Shown: positions 28,420-35,727 of the stretch, in pieces
Numbering within the stretch: the stretch's first letter is position 1
Layout: each line of letters starts with the position of its first letter
IMG/VR virus record: IMGVR_UViG_3300042923_000161
Coordinates: 1-50,883 of that record
Length of the DNA: 50,883 nucleotides
From: a virus
Taxonomy: Duplodnaviria > Caudoviricetes
Reading direction: 5' to 3' (one strand)
Made by a program: the position numbers and the translations under genes
Notes under the pieces: model-generated
Databases searched by the model: none
Told to the model about the DNA's origin: nothing
Seen by the model: the letters and a program-made list of their open reading frames with translations, nothing else

Positions 28420-28733
28420 TATTTCTCTGCGCGCTTGAGCGCATCATCCAACATACCAAGCAGAGCGCGTAATCCTTCAGGTGCGTTAGCTAACATTTCT
28501 TGCTTAACTAATTCTTGCAAGTTTTCAGCTATGGCGTTCATTGCTGGAAGGCTTGCGGCGTTCATAATTTGCAGCTTGCGGCCCTCTTCAACCTCATGCA
28601 CCATAGATAGGATAAAGCTGCTTGACTCTTTGATTTCGTGCACTTCCTCAGTCCCGTCACGTTTTACCAAGATTACCTTCTCGTATGGTTGTACATCAGC
28701 TTTTACAGTTTTGTTGTTTGTCATTTCAATCAA
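28419..28733 (-). CDS. Hypothetical protein
   Basis: Its stop codon abuts the hammerhead. Confidence 0.7.
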   Translation of the reverse strand: MIEMTNNKTVKADVQPYEKVILVKRDGTEEVHEIKESSSFILSMVHEVEEGRKLQIMNAASLPAMNAIAENLQELVKQEMLANAPEGLRALLGMLDDALKRAEK

Positions 28734-29116
28734 TCTCCCTTGGTTTGTTTTTGGTTTTTCCTTAGACTCAATAAATGGCGGTACTCATTATGTCCGAATG
28801 ATTTCATTCTTGACTTACGCATACTTAGGATTGCGGATATCATCTTGAAGAACTCTGATGGATTGTAATAGAAGCGAACAGCGTCACCGTTATGTCTGCG
28901 TTTATGTACATACGGACATGTCAGCATGTTGTATCTGTACCTGTGTTGGAACTTTCCTTCATGGTCACTTATTCTGATACTGAAAGCCAGTCCAGCATCC
29001 AGCCACATATACACGCTGCCTGTAGGTGAATCGAACCGTTCAACTCTTACACCTGCACGCTTCAGCCTGCGTTCTATCTTTTCAGCCAGCATTTTGACTT
29101 CCTCTTTGCTGTCCAC
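28730..29116 (-). CDS. Hypothetical protein (S.Y...IRISDH motif)
   Basis: TGSVY...IRISDH; GGAGGGAG RBS. Confidence 0.7.
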   Translation of the reverse strand: MDSKEEVKMLAEKIERRLKRAGVRVERFDSPTGSVYMWLDAGLAFSIRISDHEGKFQHRYRYNMLTCPYVHKRRHNGDAVRFYYNPSEFFKMISAILSMRKSRMKSFGHNEYRHLLSLRKNQKQTKGD

Positions 29117-29122
29117 ATCGGC

Positions 29123-29368
29123 TCAACTCCCTCCGATGGTTTTACTGACATCCATCACTGCTTCATTCAGCTTGTCGTACAGTGCACGTTCCTCAAAATC
29201 ACCGTTAAGTGTTCTAATGTTACGTGCATCCCTTGCGATCAATGCTCTTTTGCGCTGATCATGTGAAGCTGAACCGAACGCTGCTGCGACTGCAAGCAGT
29301 TCTTCTGGTGTAAGCCTAATCTCAACGCTCTCCACCATTGTTCTCTTGACAATCCCCATAACTTCCAT
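29123..29368 (-). CDS. Hypothetical protein
   Basis: GAGAGG RBS 9 nt before ATG 29368. Confidence 0.65.
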   Translation of the reverse strand: MEVMGIVKRTMVESVEIRLTPEELLAVAAAFGSASHDQRKRALIARDARNIRTLNGDFEERALYDKLNEAVMDVSKTIGGS

Positions 29369-29405
29369 TTCATTACACCTCTCTCTGGTTTTATTTTGGC
29401 GATGT

Positions 29406-29470
29406 GCCAACCCCTACCCCTTGCGGGGTGGACGCTCTGAGCCTAATGGCCTTGATCCCGCTCAGACGGG
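29406..29470 (-). ncRNA. Pistol ribozyme
   Basis: P1 CCCG/CGGG with loop UCUGAG; P2 GCCA/UGGC; UUAGG; pseudoknot partner CUCAGA; GCG; P3 capped by GCAA; G^U junction. Confidence 0.85.
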
Positions 29471-30169
29471 TTATCTATCTTCTTTCTTCAGGAACGGATT
29501 CTGCCAGATGTTCGCTTGGTACGTTGTGATTGCTGCTTCTCTATGTAGCTGATCTTTGAAGTCGTTCCAAGCTTGGCGCAGCATCGGTTTATCTTGTTTC
29601 TTTCCTTGTGTCCCAAGTTCCGGGTATACCTGTCTAAACAACCTTGTCGCCTGTGATTTATTCAACTTGTCAACCTCCCATTTTGGTCTGAGCCGTTTAT
29701 ACACATGCTCCACAGCATCTGCAATTTGTGAAGCCATGTCATACACCAGTGACAGCCGTGTATTCTGAAGCACGAAGTATTCCATGAAGCCGCCCACATT
29801 GACAATTGCCTTAATGTGTGCATCACCTACGGCTGGAAGAGTCTTGCCCACACCTGCGCCGGGCTTCAACGGCCCAATCTCACATATCGCTTTACCTACA
29901 CTAGATGACTGACCAAGACAAGCATCAATTGCCAGTGTGTAGCGCTTTGGCAATGTGTTCAAGATACCCTCTTCCATACTCACCGCATGGACTGGCTTGT
30001 GCAGTGTTCCATACACATTCCTAATCCCTCTTTGCTGAAGCATAAGCCCAACCATCGGGCCTAAGCTGTCTCCCGTGCTGCGATCTGTGCCGATACATAC
30101 GATGTTCATTTCAGATATGTGACGTGGGACGATTGCATCCAGTTCTTTAGTCAGTGACATGTCAGTCAA
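29471..30169 (-). CDS. yyaC: YyaC-family spore protease with a C-terminal extra domain
   Basis: CIGTDRSTGDSLGPMVG, YGTL..PVHA, AIDACLG, PGAGVGK.LPAVGD and LQNTRLSLV. Confidence 0.92.
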   Translation of the reverse strand: MTDMSLTKELDAIVPRHISEMNIVCIGTDRSTGDSLGPMVGLMLQQRGIRNVYGTLHKPVHAVSMEEGILNTLPKRYTLAIDACLGQSSSVGKAICEIGPLKPGAGVGKTLPAVGDAHIKAIVNVGGFMEYFVLQNTRLSLVYDMASQIADAVEHVYKRLRPKWEVDKLNKSQATRLFRQVYPELGTQGKKQDKPMLRQAWNDFKDQLHREAAITTYQANIWQNPFLKKEDR

Positions 30170-30545
30170 CCCCTTCCGGTTTATTGAAGTCTACATAGTG
30201 TGTGACATCTTCCAAGAAAGCACCTGTTGATAGTTTGGTGAAGCTTCCCGTGTTGTCGATATACCCAGCGATTGGGATACTGTATTCTTCAGACCACAGC
30301 AGGTAATCCTTGTACGGTTCCAACTCATCCTTGTTGATCGGCTTCCAGTCAATGGCTGGTGTTGGTTTGTTTGTACGTACAGTGTCATTGAATGCATTTC
30401 GAATGGCTGACTCAGCAATATCAGGTCGTACACCCTCATCCATCAACCTGCGCATTGCAGTAGCCTTTGCTATAACTGGGTTGGGCACGTTGAATGCTCC
30501 AGCTTCAATCAGGTAACGGTAGGCACGTGTCATAATTTGGCTCAT
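30162..30545 (-). CDS. Hypothetical protein, DUF551-like C-terminal domain
   Basis: DWKPIN...VTHY...NKPE. Confidence 0.65.
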   Translation of the reverse strand: MSQIMTRAYRYLIEAGAFNVPNPVIAKATAMRRLMDEGVRPDIAESAIRNAFNDTVRTNKPTPAIDWKPINKDELEPYKDYLLWSEEYSIPIAGYIDNTGSFTKLSTGAFLEDVTHYVDFNKPEGVD

Positions 30546-30547
30546 TT

Positions 30548-30895
30548 TTATTCCATCCCTTCCGGTTTATTGAACTCAGCGTAGTGTGTGAGTTCAGCTT
30601 CACGGTACGTCACACGTTCGTCATCATAGACTTCTGTGCGTTCGCTGATGAAGTAACCCGCACCTGTCAGATACGCAACGTCTGGGGCACTCCATTTGTG
30701 ACCCCACACTAGATAGTCCTTGTCTGGTTGCATTTGCGTAATGTTGATCGGCTTCCAGTCAAGTGCGGGTGTTGGCTCATCTCGGAAATGATCTACATCA
30801 ATGATTGCATGTGCATACCCTCTTTTAAAGTGGGTATCAGGTGCCAGATTGTCAAGTTCCTTACGCAGTTGCTGAAGCAATTTATCTTTATTCAT
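30548..30895 (-). CDS. Hypothetical protein, DUF551-like C-terminal domain (paralogue of 30162..30545)
   Basis: DWKPIN...LTHY...NKPE. Confidence 0.65.
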   Translation of the reverse strand: MNKDKLLQQLRKELDNLAPDTHFKRGYAHAIIDVDHFRDEPTPALDWKPINITQMQPDKDYLVWGHKWSAPDVAYLTGAGYFISERTEVYDDERVTYREAELTHYAEFNKPEGME

Positions 30896-31218
30896 TCGGG
30901 GTCCCTCGTTTCTGGGTAATATATATTCACATATTCGTGCCAAGAATCTAAAATCTTCTTATCATTGAAGCTTCTTGCAAGCCATTTATCTTGGCGGGTT
31001 ATATATGTCATACCGTCTGAAGAGTCAGCCACCAAATACAGCACACCATAATCCCTGAGCGGAACAGGCTCTTTGATGTCGGCCGGGAATGTTGCGTCTG
31101 TGATACAGGTGAGTTGTTCCACAAGGTCGATTGCTGCATTAATGCCATGGTCGTAATCTGTGCTAGTATCGTCTGTTATCAAAGCCGTTAATTGCTCCAG
31201 CAACTTCGCTTTATTCAT
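30892..31218 (-). CDS. Hypothetical protein
   Basis: AAGGAG RBS; N-terminus MNKAKLLEQL resembles that of 30548..30895. Confidence 0.65.
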   Translation of the reverse strand: MNKAKLLEQLTALITDDTSTDYDHGINAAIDLVEQLTCITDATFPADIKEPVPLRDYGVLYLVADSSDGMTYITRQDKWLARSFNDKKILDSWHEYVNIYYPETRDPE

Positions 31219-31633
31219 AACGGTCACGCTCCTTGTATGGTCTTCCGCGCTTTCTCAGTGGTTTCGGCTTGAATGGCTTCTTAACCCAAACCAATGGTAA
31301 GTTGCTGAAGCCTTGGTGTGTGTAAAACCCAGTCTCACCCAACACCCGGATGACAACGTTCTGTCCTTCAGCCGTGTGCATGTCTGCCCAGTCTTCAATG
31401 AATGAGCGGTGTTCGTAGGTGGCCTGATTCGTTCTGCCATCTTCCAAACGTCCTTGCAAGATCACATCGTCTGGATTGGCTGAAGGATGAACCGTTATCT
31501 GTTCAGGTGCTGAAGCAATGATCAGCGCATCTTCCAACGTGCAGCGAATGATCTCCGGGTGATCCGGGTTGTTTGTGTATTGCCGTCCATACATCAAGTA
31601 CATTGGGCCAAGCTTGACCGCGAAGTTTCTCAT
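31211..31633 (-). CDS. Hypothetical protein
   Basis: ATGA-coupled ORF. Confidence 0.6.
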   Translation of the reverse strand: MRNFAVKLGPMYLMYGRQYTNNPDHPEIIRCTLEDALIIASAPEQITVHPSANPDDVILQGRLEDGRTNQATYEHRSFIEDWADMHTAEGQNVVIRVLGETGFYTHQGFSNLPLVWVKKPFKPKPLRKRGRPYKERDRYE

Positions 31634-31947
31634 AATGTCACCGCACATCTGTGGTCATCCCAAGCCCAGTTGCGGATGTAGATTAGATTCCGTTCAACTC
31701 TGGCAAAGTCCGTCACGGTTGAATCTGCTGGCATAACGTAGGTTACCCTGATGTCCCGATCTTCTGTGATGACTTCAATTACTGTTTCGTACTCTGGGAA
31801 CGGCGCACCCTTCAGCGCTTCAGCTACTGGAGCAATCAACGCTTGCTTTGTGGCTTTCAGGTTGATGAACTGCTTGCCTGTCTTCTTGCTGTCTTGACTT
31901 CTGAACAGATTGTCAAAGTGCTGCCTACAACTAATTATGGCTCTCAT
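31630..31947 (-). CDS. Hypothetical protein
   Basis: AGGAGG RBS. Confidence 0.7.
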   Translation of the reverse strand: MRAIISCRQHFDNLFRSQDSKKTGKQFINLKATKQALIAPVAEALKGAPFPEYETVIEVITEDRDIRVTYVMPADSTVTDFARVERNLIYIRNWAWDDHRCAVTL

Positions 31948-31959
31948 TGTCTATTCCTC

Positions 31960-32136
31960 CTATTTGAATGGGTTTGTCCAAGTGGTCCATTGCTTATGTG
32001 AGATAGCGTTGTTTGCGTACAGGTGGTTCGTGTGTTCGTTCCAATATCTGCGGCGTGTTGTTTTGGTGAGTCCCTTTGTATCATAAATAGCTTTGAACTC
32101 CTTCATCGCTTGCGCCTTGGTTATGAATGCTTTCAT
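31960..32136 (-). CDS. Hypothetical protein (58 aa), similar to the C-terminal domain of the YyaC fusion
   Basis: MKAFITKAQAMKEFKAIY...RRYWNEHTNHLYANNAISHKQWTTWTNPFK. Confidence 0.7.
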   Translation of the reverse strand: MKAFITKAQAMKEFKAIYDTKGLTKTTRRRYWNEHTNHLYANNAISHKQWTTWTNPFK

Positions 32137-32339
32137 TGTTCATTCCCCCCTCTGGTGGCGCGGATAGTTTCGTTGATGACTTTAAGTTCACTTTCCAGCT
32201 TGATGATTACGGTCACTACGGACAGCAGATCATCTCCAGTAATATCTGACATGGTGGTAAAGGACTGGAGTATCAACCGTTGTGTATGGATTTGTTTCTC
32301 GCGGTTGGCTTTCTTCTCCAGCAGTTGATCAAGTGTCAT
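32133..32339 (-). CDS. Hypothetical coiled-coil protein
   Basis: AGGAGG RBS before ATG 32339. Confidence 0.65.
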   Translation of the reverse strand: MTLDQLLEKKANREKQIHTQRLILQSFTTMSDITGDDLLSVVTVIIKLESELKVINETIRATRGGNEQ

Positions 32340-32369
32340 TTTGCATTCCTCCTGTGTTTTCTTGCATTT

Positions 32370-32398
32370 AATATAACACGAACCGTGCATGTCTGCAA
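32370..32398 (-). promoter_or_regulatory. Sigma-A promoter
   Basis: TTGCAG-N17-(TG)TATATT. Confidence 0.65.
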
Positions 32399-32399
32399 C

Positions 32400-33000
32400 C
32401 GTTACTTTGCGAATGTTTCAGGTTAACGGGTTCAAAGCTGACATGACTGTAAAAACTGGATACTGATGGCAATTTCTGCAACACTAATAGTGTTTCATGT
32501 TGCTGTAGGGTGTAACTTGTTTCCGAATTCATGTAAGCCAAGCGGGAATCCTGTAACATTTGGCGTGTTCACGTGTGTTGTTACGTTGTGGTGCTTTGTA
32601 AAATTAATAATGTTGCATTGAAAGTTGGAACGACTTATTACGGAAAAGATGAAAATTGGAAATTAGTTTCGGTTAAGCCAATCACCAAATCGCGGATGGC
32701 TCTCTCTAAAACCATAATGCATTGAAAACGAAAACCGTTATTTTCATTACTTTCATAGTGTTTTCATTGAATTTAGGTCTGTAGACCCCTTGTTTTCATG
32801 AAATGAGTTGATCCTTTCATTTCGTTTGCAATGAATTAGCTTTTTCAAAATTTGAAAATGAAAATCGGAAAATCGCTTACCTGTACCAAACTAACCGTTG
32901 TAACATAACTTAACCTAATAATAACCAATACTAATAATAATATACATAATAATAATAATAATAATAATAATAATCTTGATAATGTTCTATATAATGCTTT
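32400..33000. other. Putative replication origin (non-coding, iterated motifs, AT-rich tract)
   Basis: No credible ORF; many TGAAA/TTTCA and TGTAAC/TGTTGCA/TGTTTCA motifs; (TAA)9 tract. Confidence 0.5.
32947..32973. repeat. (TAA)9 microsatellite
   Basis: Read directly from the sequence. Confidence 0.9.
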
Positions 33001-33021
33001 AGTGACTTACAGTATGAAGCG

Positions 33022-33057
33022 AAAAAGAAGGGATTTTGTGATTCAAATCCCCTCTTT
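33022..33057 (-). terminator. Rho-independent terminator
   Basis: AAAGAGGGGATTT-loop-AAATCCCTTCTTTTT on the minus strand. Confidence 0.75.
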
Positions 33058-33069
33058 GCATTATTTGCA

Positions 33070-33399
33070 CTATTCTTCTTCGACCCACATACGCGCCGCT
33101 GCTTTGAGTAGGCACACGCCATCAGCCAAGCTTGTGGATGTGATGCCGATGTATGACAAGTGCTGTCTAGCTGCACCCGTTCTGCTGTCCCAATACTTCA
33201 ATGGGATGCTGTTCAAGTGCTCATCCGCAGCCAGTGCTGCTGTCATTGCATCTTTGCTTGCTGGCATGAGCGGTACAAGGTTGTGCAGCCCGATGTCATT
33301 GACCAGTGTTTCGTACTTCTCTTTATGCGTTATGTCCGTACCGTCAGCCTTGCGACCATATCCGTCCAAGTTCAGGTATTGCGCGATTGTTTTTCCCAT
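33070..33399 (-). CDS. Hypothetical early protein
   Basis: GGAGG RBS; DEHLNSIPLKYWD...SLADGVCLLKAAAR. Confidence 0.75.
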   Translation of the reverse strand: MGKTIAQYLNLDGYGRKADGTDITHKEKYETLVNDIGLHNLVPLMPASKDAMTAALAADEHLNSIPLKYWDSRTGAARQHLSYIGITSTSLADGVCLLKAAARMWVEEE

Positions 33400-33563
33400 T
33401 AGTTGTTACCTCCAGTGTATTTGAGTTTGGATGTCTTGAACGACTTAGTGTACTTGCCTGTGAACATTGGCTCATGTTCCTTCATTACCTTGCGATCCAC
33501 GCTGATGATCATTGCAGCAGCTATTGCGCCAAGCAGCACGATGATTCCGATGTTAATTAACAT
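33399..33563 (-). CDS. Small single-TM protein (54 aa), first early ORF
   Basis: AGGAGG RBS; MLINIGIIVLLGAIAAAMIISVDRK... Confidence 0.65.
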   Translation of the reverse strand: MLINIGIIVLLGAIAAAMIISVDRKVMKEHEPMFTGKYTKSFKTSKLKYTGGNN

Positions 33564-33587
33564 TGTTTATTCCTCCTATTAGGTTAT

Positions 33588-33833
33588 GTACTGGGCTTGA
33601 AGCCCATTCCAACCGCTGATGCTTCAGCAGATCGAATGGAATTCAAATCCGTTAGCCCCAACGCGCCCTCTGTACCAGATGCCTAATCCGGTAACCTCAT
33701 GTAGCGCGTCACGCTTACCATCTGATAACGGGGTTTGGTCATGTCCCGGCTGATATCTACTCCAGCTTATTGATGTCTTGCACGTTTACAGTAATGTTGC
33801 TGTGGGATTCACGCTTCACCCACGTTCCAGTAC
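33588..33833 (-). ncRNA. Candidate ~250-nt structured RNA (class not recognised)
   Basis: ORF-free leader closed by GUACUGG/CCAGUAC, with several internal helices and a possible pseudoknot. Confidence 0.6.
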
Positions 33834-33864
33834 GTTGTTTCTGCGTTCCTTACTTGATGTACTT

Positions 33865-33894
33865 AGTATAGCACATCCGGCTTACCTGTGTCAA
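33865..33894 (-). promoter_or_regulatory. Early sigma-A promoter (proximal copy)
   Basis: TTGACA-N18-TATACT with extended -10 TG. Confidence 0.8.
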
Positions 33895-33949
33895 CACTTT
33901 GTTTGAAACATTTTTGTGTGTGTTTCGTGTTGCTCTTGTTTCTATAACT

Positions 33950-33979
33950 AATATAGCACATGGCGCTTATGTGTGTCAA
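33950..33979 (-). promoter_or_regulatory. Early sigma-A promoter (distal copy)
   Basis: TTGACA-N18-TATATT; near-duplicate of the proximal copy (AAAGTGTTGACACA...TAAGC...ATGTGCTATA). Confidence 0.8.
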
Positions 33980-34014
33980 CACTTTTGTTTCATCAATAAT
34001 AGGATATCCCATAA

Positions 34015-34300
34015 GGCATGTATGTATGCATGTGTGCAGTGCGTGCGCGCGTTAGTGTGGTGGTGTGTGGCAGCGTGTAGACAGGGCACAGGCAGGGGGT
34101 GGGGTGGTGCCGCGTCAACGCGTCAGTGCGGTGCAGCATGGGTGTAGGGACAAGAATCGGTGTGCTGCGGTTACGTGCGGGTCAGGGCGGGGCGGGGAAG
34201 TTCTGGCAAACACACCCCCGTGTACCCCTGAAAAAGTTAGACCAGTAACATCCACTCTGTTCCACCCAAGCCCCCAACAACCCAGAATAAATTCCCAAAT
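34015..34300. other. Putative packaging / genome-end region
   Basis: Non-coding region between the divergent promoters; G-rich up to ~34200, then C/A-rich. Confidence 0.45.
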
Positions 34301-34305
34301 AATCG

Positions 34306-34335
34306 TGGACAACCCCTCCATGTACATGCTATACT
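34306..34335 (+). promoter_or_regulatory. Rightward promoter
   Basis: TGGACA-N18-TATACT with extended -10 (ACATGCTATACT). Confidence 0.7.
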
Positions 34336-34373
34336 ATGTTTAATAAGACGTACATCAATAAAGGAGGTGCCGA

Positions 34374-34622
34374 ATGAGTAGCTTATTACCAAGGAACTTG
34401 AATTTTGGGGAAGCACTTCAGCAATTGAAAGACGGGAAGAAACTGACCCGTGAAGGCTGGAATGGAAAGCATCTGTTTGTCGAACTGACAGGTGGAACTA
34501 CATGGGACTTTCTGACCGTTGAACCGTTCTTTGTAATCAACAACCATAAAGGGACGCTAAACACTTGGGTTCCATCTAACACTGACATTCTCGCAGCAGA
34601 CTGGATGGTGGTATCCAAATGA
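34374..34622 (+). CDS. DUF2829 / Tad2-like (Thoeris anti-defence) protein
   Basis: NFGEAL..LKDGKK..REGWNGK..F...W.PS.TD.LA.DW. Confidence 0.85.
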   Translation: MSSLLPRNLNFGEALQQLKDGKKLTREGWNGKHLFVELTGGTTWDFLTVEPFFVINNHKGTLNTWVPSNTDILAADWMVVSK

Positions 34623-34795
34623 TTGGAAAGTTCATAGTAGGCCCGGACGACTTCCTAATTACCATCAACCACCCTAATGGGAAACACGCTAGAATGAGTG
34701 TTCCAGCAAGTTACATGAGAGAAATACCACCGGAAGAAATCGGTCTGGATGTTTTGCAAACCATCGAAGCGTTGGAAAGAGAGGAATCAAAATGA
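34619..34795 (+). CDS. Hypothetical protein (58 aa)
   Basis: ATGA-coupled; MIGKFIVGPDDFLITINHP... Confidence 0.6.
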   Translation: MIGKFIVGPDDFLITINHPNGKHARMSVPASYMREIPPEEIGLDVLQTIEALEREESK

Positions 34796-34953
34796 TTGAG
34801 GTCGTCATCCGTGACTCAAGGCTAATCAAAGGCGTAGCCATGCAGGTTCATGAACACTTGATCCTAGACAACCCGGAAATAGCCATCAAGAATCTTCAGG
34901 CGTGGGTAGCCAGAGAAGTACGCAAGATGCTGGAAGAGAGGAACGCCGAATGA
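34792..34953 (+). CDS. Hypothetical protein (53 aa)
   Basis: ATGA-coupled; MIEVVIRDSRLIKGVAM... Confidence 0.6.
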   Translation: MIEVVIRDSRLIKGVAMQVHEHLILDNPEIAIKNLQAWVAREVRKMLEERNAE

Positions 34954-35495
34954 GATGGTTCAAACGCAAGCCCAAAACCAGCTACGCCGACATCCTGAAC
35001 CCTATATCACTATCTGAAATGCTGAAGGAGGAATCACCCATGACAGAGAAAACAGAAGAAAAGAATCCGTTCAACCCGTATGATTACGGAGGGAGTTTCA
35101 TCAATTGGCTTGCAACGCCAGAAGAAATAGAACAACTCAGGGTCACGAAGAGTGAACGAGAGTATGACGAAACCATGGGTAAGATCAAGCACCTCAGAAA
35201 CGTCAAGATTGAAGCGGAAGCCGCAAGAGAAGCAGCCATCGCAGCGGAAAAGGCCAAGACTCATTGGGCGACAGTCGAACTGTACAATGGGCGTAGGTTC
35301 GAAGCAGAAGCTGAAAAGCTGGACGCTTTCATGAACGCCATGAACCAAACGCACAGCTTCCATGATTTAAAGATGGTACCGCTGCACACGTTTCAGGACG
35401 GTGTAATGTTAGTTAGACTGAAAGAGATTTTCACCATCAACTTCACAGTAGAATACATGGAAGCGAGGGAAGCAGCCAATGAAGACAAGTTCTAA
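34950..35495 (+). CDS. Hypothetical protein
   Basis: ATGA-coupled start at 34950; a strong alternative in-frame start (AAGGAGG, ATG 35040) also exists. Confidence 0.65.
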   Translation: MRWFKRKPKTSYADILNPISLSEMLKEESPMTEKTEEKNPFNPYDYGGSFINWLATPEEIEQLRVTKSEREYDETMGKIKHLRNVKIEAEAAREAAIAAEKAKTHWATVELYNGRRFEAEAEKLDAFMNAMNQTHSFHDLKMVPLHTFQDGVMLVRLKEIFTINFTVEYMEAREAANEDKF

Positions 35496-35727
35496 CCAAA
35501 CACGAATTAAGGTAACCATTGAGATCGGACTGGGACAAGCTGCCATAGCGTATCTTCCAGCCGATACCACGCACCTGAGCCGCAACAACGTGGAGACGAT
35601 AGAGGACACAATCGCCCAAGCACGCCGCAGACCCGAACCCATTCCAGAAGGTTTGCGCTACTCAGAGCACTGGAGAAGTCTTGCGAGTTCCATACCCCAC
35701 ACACCCAAGGAGGATGAAAGCGAATGA
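35479..35727 (+). CDS. Hypothetical protein
   Basis: Overlapping operon gene. Confidence 0.55.
   Translation: MKTSSNQTRIKVTIEIGLGQAAIAYLPADTTHLSRNNVETIEDTIAQARRRPEPIPEGLRYSEHWRSLASSIPHTPKEDESE

Noticed and set aside
29369-29410. TTG start at 29410 for the gene ending at 29123
   Set aside because: It lies at the pistol cleavage site with no usable SD; ATG 29368 has GAGAGG at normal spacing.
32931-33176. Minus-strand ORF ending in poly-Tyr
   Set aside because: It is a translation of the (TAA)n tract, crosses a terminator and overlaps a better-supported gene.
33588-33833. tRNA, twister, twister-sister, hatchet, HDV or riboswitch identity for the leader RNA
   Set aside because: The conserved cores of these classes could not be found by eye, so it is left unclassified. 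No tRNA genes were seen elsewhere either.
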